The notes beneath the pieces were generated by a model. It ran no database searches. It was not told the origin of the DNA and saw only the letters and a program-made list of their open reading frames with translations. The position numbers and the translations under genes were made by a program. From Ruditapes philippinarum (taxonomy: Eukaryota), in the NCBI RefSeq assembly GCF_026571515.1, contig NW_026859905.1, forward strand, positions 1 through 64,000: DNA of 64,000 nt, in the 5' to 3' direction. Below, in pieces: positions 39,564 to 51,368 of this stretch (the first letter of the stretch is position 1; the number at the start of each line of letters is the position of its first letter).

Positions 39564-42047
39564 ATGAACAATACATGTCAAGGTTGGTTGTTACATAACG
39601 TGTTATCATATAGAGTGACAGAGTCTGTAGTGAGAAAACGTTTAAGGATTTTTTTGCTGATTCTGGTAGCAGCGTTTCTGATACAATTCTCTCTTGTGAA
39701 TAAATATTACAATGACAGAGGTATGTTCTGCTTGCATAGTACATGTATTCTTATGTTTTTAATTAATTATATAGATATAGATATTTAATATATGTTTTTA
39801 TTGGTATTGCATTGCGTTGTGCTGTATTTGCAATTTACTGCTCTGCATTGCATTTGCATTATACGATTTATATTGTATTGTATTTTATTGTATTGTATTG
39901 TATTGTTACAATGTAATATAACGATTACTTACTGTCTCCGCAATGTGTATTTGGATGATTATAGTGTCGATATCAATTTTAATATTAAGACTCGCGGCAA
40001 AGTTGTCCTATAATGATCGAGCTTTCAAATTAGATAAGGTTAATGCTATGTAATTTCAAAAATTGGATTATTTAAGTATATACGTTCGGGCTTTCAATGT
40101 TATTATTAAAATATTTGCTGCCATAAAATGCCTAATGTACCGTTTCGTAATAATGTGATATACACTTATTTAAGTCACTTTTTGTATTGATTTGAAGTGT
40201 TATATGAGTAAATGTTCACTTTGAAACTTTTATTTACCAGGGTTTCTGGAAGAAAATACTGATAATGTCGGGCGGGCGTTCAAAATTTTTGTGCGTTGAA
40301 CTCCTGAATTTCTCGACAAATTTAAACTAAACCTTTACAGTTGTCCCAAAGTGCATTGCCACATTGTAATTTAACTATTTAACCTATTTATGTTCCTTTG
40401 TTGTTGTTGTTTTTTTTAAAGATGTGAATATAGAAAAATATCCTTCAATGCGCAACTCAAAGCTTTCACATAATCAATATTGTCACAAGAGTCGGGATTT
40501 TGTGAATTGGTCATTTGTGTTAGTATTATGACCTTGATATTTAACTAAATTATTTTGTCATGCATAAAAGAATACAGTTTTCATATTTACTAGATCTGAG
40601 ATTCAAATCCCAAGCGCAGCAAGTTTTTTTTTTCTTGTATATATTATGATTATGCAACCGTTCCTACATTTTCTGGGATTTCTACCAAATTGTTACAGAA
40701 CTATTGTCATTAAGTGCCCTGGTGCATAATTCTTTGGTATTTATTTTGTCATTTTCAGGGAAATTATTTGTTGTTGCTTGCTTGCTTTTCGTAAGATGTA
40801 AGACATGGAAGTAAAAGAGGAAGTGCTCTGATTTTTCTGAATGGTTTAACTTTCAATGGTTTTATTCAGTGTTACTTTTAATGGTTTTGAGACAACTGTT
40901 TTGTTTTAATTATTTTTTTACGTTTTCTTCAGAATTGACGATAATTGGTGAAAGAACGAACGAGATCAGAACAGCAAACGGTTATGATGTATACCACCAT
41001 TCAAATGACTTACATTTAAAATATGAAAACCGTATAGAGCATGTCAAAAACATCTGTGAAACGGATGGATTAACAAAACCAAATAACTTCACATTTCTTC
41101 ATCACAATTATTGTGACATTGAGGGTTATAATATTTCACTTTGTAAGGTTCCGAAATGTGGATCTACATATTGGATGCAGGTAATAAATGTCTTGAAATC
41201 TGGAATTTCAGACATAGATTCTATTGTAAAAAAAGACAGACGAGAACTTCACATAGTTAAAGAGACATGTAATAACAAATTAGTAAGATTATCCAGACAA
41301 GCAATGAAAATCGTTCTGATCGGTCGCGACCCTTACGCACGGATATATTCTGCTTATGTTGATAAGTCATACCTCGGCTTTAAAACAAATAATAGTACAT
41401 TGAAACGAACAAACAATTGTTCCTTTGTTGAACAACCGTTTATAGAATCCTTTCAGGAGTTTCTACAAAACGTGTTTGATGATTTGAATGAACGTAAAAG
41501 CAATTCCCACTGGACACCGGTCTTTATCCTCTGTAATCCATGCCAGTCAAATATATTTTTACAAATAAAACTTGAAGAGCTCTCCAAAGATATGAATTAT
41601 ATATATTCACGGATAGGATTTAGCGAAGACCTACAGACACAAATTAAGAAACTGTCGACATGTAGAATAGATACTTTGACAGGAATAGCGTCTACAATAT
41701 TTCAAAAACACATGGACACAAAATGTAAGAATAGCTTTCTAATAGCAAAACGGCTGTGGGTGTCGTTTCAGTTACAAGGATATATTAATGAAAAGTCTAA
41801 ATTTCCAGGACAATTAGCTGATTTCAAATACACCAATTCAAGCGAGGTAGCGACAAAATTGTTTATGAAACTGATATCGAATGAAATGTCAGCAAACCCA
41901 TTATCAAAATCTGAAGCTAATACACAGAGGTACACAAACCTTGTCCGTGCATACAGGAATGTTCATTCTGATAGTATCTTGAAAATACAACATTACTTTA
42001 AAATGGATTTTCTATTATTCAATTACAGTATGTTTCCACCACAATAG
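39564..42047 (+). CDS. Carbohydrate sulfotransferase (Sulfotransfer_2 family, CHST11-like), type II membrane protein, ~423 aa
   Basis: Exon 39564-39720 (RKRLR followed by TM segment IFLLILVAAFLIQFSLV), phase-1 intron, exon 40933-42047. Contains 5'-PSB CKVPKCGSTYW, 3'-PB RDPYARIYSAY, HWTP..ILCNPC and C-terminal DFLLFNY. Confidence 0.9.
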
Positions 42048-45000
42048 CCTTAATACGTGTTCACTTGGTGTAATTTTAGAGAGAGAAAAAATCTTCCTTT
42101 TTCGAAATTCATACTTTCATACCTATTCTAGCCTACAAAAAAGGAAATTGGTGGGTATGCAGTCATTTAAGAATACGTTTCATTTCCACGCAGTGATCTT
42201 CTTCATCTCCGATGCCAACAACATGAGTAGCAATTTCTGATTTTCATGTATTTAATAAAATCTTTAAAAAAAACACTGTTCTTATGTTTCAGTTTAGTTA
42301 TTTCAGAATATGAAACGATTAATTAGTGATTGTTATAAATAATTCGATCCATTAATGGTATAAAAACCGAAACAGGTAGTGAAAGAAAAGAGGTTCTACT
42401 TAAATGATCTTATGTTAAAAGTATGATCTTTTTTGTTCATTGTAGAGCGACCATCTGTCGGTGAATCAATCGTTTATCCATTTCCTTTTAGCGTCTTCAG
42501 GTGTATTCTTCAATACGCCGATTCCTTGCGAAAGGATTAAATGTGTATTATGCGCTTGCTTACAGGACTGTTCCAACTGAACAATTGTTACTGTAAAGAA
42601 ACATATTGAGAGCTGCTAAAAAAAAGAGGGCTGGTGCATTTCACATTGTTTTAGATTGAATTTAGATAGTGTTGACGTTTAAAGTAACAGAGAGTAGGCT
42701 TCTCCTCGTGATTGTGAAATTCACAATTTAACCCAACTTGTGACTGATTTATTACTGTTTATGTTGGGTGAAAAAAAAACACTGTTGTACGCGAAAAATA
42801 CTCCACCCTGGCTGTCTATAGTTGCAGAACAAAATATCAACTGGTCATAATAATGAAATAAAAACTTACGAAACTGATCTGTAGAAGTAATGCAGCAACG
42901 TCCAAATTTCCGAGCTATATTCGTTTACTAATTAATGAAAATTACACACATATAGAAAAAGTTTTGGCGTGAAGAGAGCAGAGATAAGAAACTTCGATTT
43001 GAAGTGAGAAATAAATTTGTATCGGCCAATTTTATTTTTTATCTTCCGTAATGATTTTTTATTTTTACTGTGAATGTCATTAATATATTGAAGTGTCTAA
43101 TCGAAAACCATAAGATATAAAACATCGAGGTATATAGAAAATATAGATAGATATCTAAACCGCCTATTAAGATACCTTACCAAAGCATTGCTTCGCACAG
43201 GTCATGTTCTATTCAGATAAAGCACTATTGTACATTATTCCGGATGTTTTGTAAATCTTTTTTTTTCACAATTATACTTATCGTATGCACTATTCATGAG
43301 AGAGGGGCCAGGTATCAAATTAAAAAAAAATGCTTTCACTGATGCCTACCTGGTAAGGAAAGTAATTCCATTGAACAAAAACAAGACTTACAAGACTTGT
43401 AAATGTAATGTGACATGACAGTAGTGCAACATTGTTCTGTTTGTGTCACTACTGTAGTCAGTAATATAAGTTGATAAAAAATATCAAAACATGTACATTT
43501 GTTTTTCACCTATAATGCTACTCATTTTCTACAAATATGAACAACTAATCAGGGTATAAAATCGATATGTAAATAAGCCAAAACAAAAACTTTCATGGAC
43601 TTTACTTTTCAAAATGTTCTTTGCATGTTCGCGGCAAATGGTATATCATGATATTACAAGAAAAAAAATTGATGCAAAGCATCAAAGGGCGTCCAAGCAA
43701 CAAATGCAGGCAGCAAATGACGATGAACTAGTTGACATGATGACTAGATATACTTATAAAGTTTTCAATGGTCAATTGGATTTTACCAGCATTGTATATC
43801 ATAGATAAACGGCTGAATGGGAGGACAAAAGACATTGCTCATCATGAACTTTGGTAGGTTTATATTAAATGTATTTTCTTTGGAACACACAAAACAGTAG
43901 TCAAAATGAACAAAGTTCGTTTTTTATTATTATAATTGTAACAAATATAAAAATAGTAACAAAAAGGTCTAATATACATGCATTTTTATGTCATTTTTTA
44001 TGTCAAATTAAAAAATGGTTTATATTAATACCTGGGATTTAAGATACAGTAGATATATTTCAAGTTCCAGATAAATACTGAAAGAATAACACACACTGGA
44101 ATGAAAAAAATGGGATGAATTTCAAAAAGACCGAATTCAGGAATTTTTGTGTTATACATGTTATATGGTGAAACATTATTGATCAATAAAATGGAAAACT
44201 ATTACCTGAATTTAAGACTAGTATGAGGAAATTCACTAACTGATATCATGTTCGTGGGAGTCAAATACATAAAAGCTGCTTGGCATTGGTGTTAAATAAA
44301 GAGTTATTGTGAATTGATTTATTGGGAGAGCAATCTACTATTTTGTTGAATTGCTTACATTCCTATACACCCATAGCACCTCATGTTCAAACTGCAGACG
44401 AAAGTTACTGTTGTTAAAATGTCACAGTATTCGGCAAATCAACATTCTACTCAAACCACCATAAAACCAATTGCCTTCAAACAAAATAGAAAAAATATTC
44501 GAGAAATCATGATCGATTTAAATATTCAAGATAAAAAATGTCATAAGTGTAATCAGGGCCGTAAAAAAATAGGAGCAACATACCGGAAAGAACATACGGA
44601 AAAGACAATTTCAAAATGATAATACTATGATATAACAATTCGTGAAAAATGGCCTGATAAATTTATAAAGAGTGCAATTTATTGTGGAATATGTTTGCAT
44701 TTCATTTCCTGCAAAATTCTCCACACGAATGGCCTTTTCGTTTAGACTAAAGCTACTTCTATAAACACATTTTCGGACTTACACAATGTTAATTAAGGTC
44801 ATCTAGCTATTAATAGCTTTCGAATTCATGTATAGCACTAAAATACTGACATAACCCACTGTGACCTACAAAATAATAAGTAATTTCCTGTAGAAGATAC
44901 ACATGTAAGAAATAAAGCTCCGAATTTAAGTTTATTTTTTGTTTTGTCTTTTAACTGCTTTCCAAGCGGTTGAGGCGTGAAATTTGTCCCCGTTGTCATT

Positions 45001-45234
45001 CATTAATATGACATGCTGCGAATTACCGAAGGGGGGGACAAATATATGACTTTAAATAATAGAATTCGGAAGGAGTTCTTGATTCCGAATTTATTTTTTG
45101 CTGTAAATCGAAGGGATTAATTGATAAAAATCGGGTCCATGGACAAAAAAATAGTCAACACAAATAGCTCCGCGCCTGTGGACGCGGAGCAATAATAAGA
45201 ATAAAAACGGGCCAAGAATAGAAACGGAAAAAGA

Positions 45235-46030
45235 TAAAGTTTAAACATATAAAATTGTATAGTCAACAAGATCAAAAGGTTTTCTTTGATTTAAAAAACA
45301 GTTCAAGCATATCAGAATCTATAGATGTGAACCATGCTTGTAAATAGCGAAATAATACTGTATAAATGAATAATACTGTCTAAACCCTGATTTTTTTATT
45401 TTTTTAAAGAAGAATAGTGTTTTATGAGAAATATTTTTGATATTGTAGACAGAATAGATATAGGTCTGTAGTTGCTCGGATATTATTATCGTCACCTCTA
45501 AATATAGGGAGAATGAAAGCTCATTTGACAGAGTCAGGGAATAAGCCAGTATTATTAAAATAAACGCAATGAATGAAGTGATGTGGTTACCACAGTAACG
45601 TAAAATATTTGGATCAATGCCGTCCAAAACCGTTGATTTATGCAGATCTAATTTATCAATGTACTTTTCAACTTTCGATAGAACTTTATCCGTTTGTTTA
45701 ATATAAATGTGGGTATACGTTGGTTCACTATTTAAGCGAAGCTGACCTTAAGTGTCATGAAGTATTTTATAGCATATTTTTCAAAACCCAGTGTCCCGCT
45801 ATTTATCAGACAAGCCAATAAATGCAAAGTTTTAAAAGATTTACGTTTTTTTTTAAACCCAAGAAATATCAAAATACACGAACATTTGTAAAAGGGTTTG
45901 CCACTGTCAGGTTGCTGCATGGCAGTGCGTCCCTGGTGCTATTTCTTTTTATCTACCAGACTGTGTTTATTGACAGTGATTTTCTTTGCATTTATCTGCC
46001 GTTACAATTTCTTCATTAAAACTGTTCTTA
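45235..46030 (-). mobile_element. Decayed LINE (CR1/L2-type) reverse-transcriptase fragment
   Basis: Interrupted translation gives LDGIDPNILR...GLFPDSVK*AFILPIFRG...SNYRPISILSTISKIF...SGFRQ...FDLVDYTIL, with stops and frameshifts. Confidence 0.8.
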
Positions 46031-46548
46031 GAAGAAGAAAAAATGTATACATTATTACCTTCCGGGTATGACGATTTTCATAAAACAAAAACAGTCGTTT
46101 AGGGTGTTCTGGATCGCTAACAACAATTATATTTGTCACTTATCTGAAAGTAGCATTGTTGGAATTTTATTTGTTTCAAGAGAAAGATAAATTCTTCCTC
46201 TCTTTAACCAACATAAGTTTTTGCAAAAAGCTGTTAGCTTTCATTCTGATTGTACCTTCGAGCAGCATTGACCTTTTGGTTATTTCCGGTTCAGTTTAGG
46301 CAGTTTCGGACCATATTGGGGATCTTCTCAAAACATTTTCAAAAACCTTCCCAATAGGTTACTTATCAGTAATTGTGATGTGTTTCAGAAATATTCTTTG
46401 TTTGTAAAAGCCATTGGCATTAATTATCAGAAGAACAGACAAAAAGGCCATTTTACACATGGGTCAATTTAAGAGAATAATGATTAAACTATTATTATTC
46501 AGAATTATTTATTAAACAAGATCGTAACAATTGACACAGTAGCTAACA

Positions 46549-46770
46549 AGATTATAAAGCATGTAAACACTGATTGAGATCATAATCTTAAATAATTGGT
46601 TTAACAGGGTTATCACAGTTAATCAAAGAATAATCAAATAGACAACATACAAAATGACTAGATTATAAAGCATGTAAACACTGATTGAGATCATGATCTT
46701 AAATAATTGGTTGAACAGGGCAATCACAGTTAATCAAAGAATAATCAAATAGACAACATACAAAAGGACT
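46549..46770. repeat. 111-bp tandem duplication within the transposon 3' region
   Basis: AGATTATAAAGCATGTAAACACTGATTGAGATCAT... occurs at 46549 and 46660. Confidence 0.9.
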
Positions 46771-46855
46771 AGAAAAGTACACATTATATAATTATAATGT
46801 TCAGATCAATGTCACAGAGTGTGCTCAAAACTGATATATCTACATGTACAAATAA

Positions 46856-47413
46856 CTACATACATGACACTTTCATAACTGAACCTTCTGCCATTTTTTC
46901 CAAAGTAGAGCTCAACAAGGAAAGGTTATATTCGAATTTGCTTGGTGTACTTGTAATATAATAGGAGCAAGGGATAACTGCTCCACCACCTTTTGTCCCC
47001 AGGTGCTGGCCAGGGAGGAAAGCTCTGACAGGGTTCACCAGTAGCAACAGCATACACACTGCCATCTTCGTCTAGCACAGTCCTGAAAAACCCTGCTAAC
47101 ACTCTGGGTGCATGTCCAACAGGCAAACCAGCAATATCTGATAATTTTAAGTGCCTCTGATGGTCTGTAATCACGTCATGCAGTTTTTTCATCGAACTCC
47201 TCAAGTTCTTGGCAACCATACTAGACAGGCATCTCGATCAACAATGTTAGTGTACTCTCTGTCCACCCTAAGTTTAGTTGGTGGATCTGTAATTGGTGGT
47301 TTGATTTGGTATGCGTGGTATCCCTTAACAACACTATTTTCCAGCACAATAGTTTTTAACAAAGCAGGATCACTTGCTTCTGAAGGGCCTTGAACTGGTT
47401 CATTGGTTTTTGC
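46856..47413 (-). pseudogene. HIRAN-like domain exon inside the transposon (frameshifted)
   Basis: After a TATTTTCAG acceptor: ...ENSVVKGYHAYQIKPP...LRVDREYTNIVDRDACLVW...LPVGHAPRVLA...VYAVATGEP...GGGAVIPCSYYI...*. This matches the HIRAN pattern (V.G.H.Y / RE..N..D..A / VGH.P / ..IPC). Confidence 0.65.
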
Positions 47414-47690
47414 CTGAAAATAGACAATACAGTATACAGAATAATGGAATTGCTAGGAAAGCTGTTTTTCTACCTAAAATAATAAGGTTGGTTTCATTTG
47501 TATGCCGTTTTCAACAGTGTTTCAGCAGTCATACATAATAATATAACCATGACTCAATAATACAGTGCAAACAGTGCAGTGTGGCCTTTGATGTTGGTTA
47601 TTAAAACATATTATATTGGGATGGGTTAACATAATACATGAATGTTTATATAACAGTAAGGTGTAGTTTTGTGCAATGCTAAATATGTGA

Positions 47691-49947
47691 TTAGAACTCA
47701 CATTTATAGCAGTAGAAGTCATCGTCCCTAACTACAGGGTCTTCACTACATTCTGTGTGCAACCACTGATCACAGAGGTCACATTGTACCCATAGATGTT
47801 CCACCCCCAGTTCGCGCTCCTCAAGAAAACGTATTTGACAACGCATACATGTCACATTATCCTCTTCTTGACTTGAAGACTCTTTTGCTTTTGATTGTTT
47901 AACATTCTTTCTAGTTGTTCTTTTCCCAGCTGACCTCAAATTACTAGAACTGCTGCCTTCAGATGTGTTAGTATTTCTCTTACTTTTTGCTTTTGTTTTA
48001 CTGTTCTGCTTCAGCAACTGAGACATATACTTTCTTTTTGCCTTCAGCTCTCTTTCCTTAAATGCTCTTATTTACTTAAGCTTTTCAGAGACATGCTACG
48101 TAGAGATTCTGATGATGTGAGGTTGTCCGGTAAGTTTTCAAGTTGTGACTTTCGTTTTGGTTTTGTTTTCTGCTCTGCTGATGGGAATGTAAGCGACACT
48201 TTCAATATTGGTGATAACACTGGTGATCTGATTTCTGTCTGAACTGAGTCTTGGCTTTGTAAAGATGCAGCTGATGCAAGCAAATCAAGTCCAGAGACAG
48301 GCTCTTTTTCAACATTTTGTTCATTCTGTACAAATATATTGTCATGATCACTTTCCAATATGACCTCAGCAGGCTGAGACTTTGTTACCACAGCTGTGTC
48401 CTTAGAAGTTTTTTCTGTCAGAGAGTCTGTAGCATTTTCTGAAGTTTTAGGCTCTTTGGTTACAGTTTCACATCTCGATTCAGACAACAGCTTCTTATAT
48501 ACATGGAAGCATGGAGATTGACCTTGAATATCATATCCCTCTTCCAGACGTTTAGCGTATTTTGCCTTTGTAGGTGTTGTTAGTGCACTTTCTAATGCTT
48601 GAAAAGCCAGTGATGGTCCATGCGGTGGTTCCACAATTGCGACTGTTGTTGATTTACTTGAGGAACACTCGGTATTGGACTCTATCTCCAGAGATGCTGA
48701 CTCTGTGCTACTGAATGTTGATACCTGGTTTCACGTGCTCCTTAGTGATCACAGTGCTGTCAACAGGATAAATTCCAGAGGACCGAAATGCATTGATAAT
48801 TGTCATTGGCTTGTAAAACAACAGAAATGCCTCTTTCAGTTTTTTCTGCAAAGTTCTCTTTGCTGATCGGTGTTCCGGGGCTATTTCGTGTGTGGGTTCT
48901 GACAACCTGGTGCCAACGCTGTTTCAGGGGTCCAAACACCCCAACATCAAGTGGCTGCATTAGATGTGTAGCATTCACCACTATTCGGTAAAGTTCAATA
49001 CCCCTTTTACTAGCTAACTCAAATGCTGCACTAGAAATATGACTGCTGACACTGTCGATTAACAAAAGCACTGGGCGTTCCTCACCAGCATATTTATGGA
49101 AGTGGTCTAGGAATTTCTCAAATGTAGGAGCATCCATCCAGCCTTTCTTTGTGTACGCTATGTCAGATCCATAAAGAGCACAGTCATCGGATTGTATCCT
49201 CTGGGTTTAGGTCAGGATAAACAAAGAAGGGGGGCATCATTGTTCCATCTGCTGACCCACAGAACATTAGAGTAAGACGCTGTTTACTGTGACCACCAGA
49301 CAAATGAGGCACTTGAGTTGGTGTTCTGCTCTTGTTGGGCCAATGACTTTGCCGAATGTACTTCCCATACTGAACCCTGTTTCATCAGCATTCCATATGC
49401 GGGTTGGCTTATCAATCAATCCTTTCAATGACTAAAAACTCTCTAAATGAACTGTACCATTTGTCTGTCTTCTCTTATGTAAGTTTAGCTCTACAAGTTT
49501 CCAGTGGGGTTTCAGTTCTCATTTCAACGATGTGACTATTACGCCTCATGGATGCATAGTACCAGTCATATCCAGGCCTATTATTAGCAAATGGTGTTTG
49601 TTTTTTTTCATTGGTGGCTAATTTCTGAACTAAGTCCAAAAAATCTCCCATGCCTCGACTGGCCATTTCTTTCAGCCAATGTGCCATCGCCTCTTCTTCA
49701 GTTAAAGTGAAAATCGGCTGTGGACCATTTCGACTATCTAATTCAACCTCTCCAAAAAGACACCTATGTAAATAACCATAAGATAAGCCATACAGTTCTG
49801 ATGCTTTCCTGACAGTTACCTCTTTTTTTCTATGGCCAGAATTGCTCTCTTGCACCGGAGTGATTTCCCAGGTGAGCCCCTGTTGTACTTCTTTTTAACT
49901 GCGTTTGCTTTTTTGACAGCTGGACTCTGATGTTTTGGTTTCCCCAT
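47691..49947 (-). pseudogene. pogo-type transposase: psq-type HTH, CENP-B HTH, DDE_1 and C-terminal PHD finger; frameshifts and at least one stop
   Basis: VTVRKASELYGLSYGYL; FTLTEEEAMAHWLKEMASRG; IWNADETG; GWMD; LLIDSVSSH...HLMQPLDVGVFGPLK (35 residues between the last two Asp); CMRC...WVQCDLCDQWLHTEC...FYCYKC. Confidence 0.9.
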
Positions 49948-51368
49948 TTCTGAAAATAAATTACATATTTAAGTGCAACTGATGTTATTTGAAATTGTTT
50001 TTAATTTCACCATACAACAGGAAATAAAAAATGAAACACATAAATATATTTTGCATGAATAACTCTGTCAGTCTGTTAAATAAAGTTGTAATTTAAATAC
50101 ATTCAGATAACATTCTAACATAAAATCACATTTCAAACAAATAAATCCTCAATAAATCAGCTATAATTCAGGAAAAATATCCCAATTATCAAAACAGTAA
50201 CACATTTTAATTTACAACATTATTAAACATCAATTGTGACTTGAAATCAGCTGTTTTGACAGTCCAAAGTGCTTTTGAGAACACCCCCAGTATGGAAGGT
50301 CACGTGATCCGAAACTAGCCGAACGACTGCTTTCATTTTATGGCATGTGACTATTGTCAAGAACAGGTGATGGTATTTTCGCTTATTTTGATTGACAGAG
50401 GACATGTTTGTGAACATTTTGGTATATAAACATGATGTATTGGTTCAATATTTACCGATTCACGAGGCCCTGTTCACAGAATCGCCATTTTTTCCCGTAC
50501 TTTTTCTGGAGTAAATGTGAAGGTCACTTGTCATCAGTAAAAAAATCATGTCATGAAAATCGCTTTTGGTAAATAAATAACCGACAATTTCTCCAGAAAA
50601 GACCATTCTTTCAAAATCAAACAACCATTTCAAGAAATATTTACCACATGTTTCACAATTTTATTAGTTTACTGACAGTGGTCCGGAACTAACTAAGATC
50701 CGGAACACCCTAAACGACTGTATTTAAAAATAATTTAAAACACTAAGCCGGTTCAAATTTATTTGTACATATTTACAAAATTAAATTTAATTTTGTAAAT
50801 ACGTACTAATAAAATTTTAACCTATACTTAATCAACATAATTTATAAACAAAACAGCTTAAATTCCTTCCGGGTATGACGATTTTCTTAAAACAAAAAAA
50901 AGTTATCCATTTTCAATCGGGCATAAGTTTGTATATTGTAGAATTTTCTATATTTAATCAACATAATTTATAAACAAATCAGCTAAAATTCCGTGTTTTT
51001 GTGGAAAAAAATATAATCTACAACTGACCACAACGTATTTATTTATTTTTTGTATCGTTATTTAAGTGTATATCGATTATTATAATAAAGTATTTACACT
51101 TTTGTTCTGTAACTCAAATATTGCACAGCCAATCACGCGCCAAATTTGATACCCGTTTTCGGAAAATAAATAAATGAATACATTTAAAATCGTCCAATCA
51201 TAGAGCATTGTTTCCTTCCGGGTATGATACTCGTAATTTACTCAGTTTGGATTTCCTAAAACTACATGAGATAACAGCGTTTATTTACAAACTTGACAAG
51301 ACTGTATGATTCTGATTTCAATGTTAACTTTGATCTTTAATATCAGATGAGTTTTGTGATTGATAATA

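Larger units (their letters stand above)
46092..50720 (-). mobile_element. 4.6-kb pogo-superfamily DNA transposon (DD35D), degenerate copy carrying PHD and HIRAN-like modules
   Basis: TIRs CAGTCGTTTAGGGTGTTCTGGATC (46092) and GATCCGGAACACCCTAAACGACTG|TA (ending 50720). Subterminal inverted repeats at ~46290-46335 and ~50272-50322. The left flank reads AA rather than TA. Confidence 0.9.

Noticed and set aside
43614-43853. Coding-looking 64-aa ORF near a GT donor
   Set aside because: No recognisable homology, in-frame stop before the donor, and no partner exons found.
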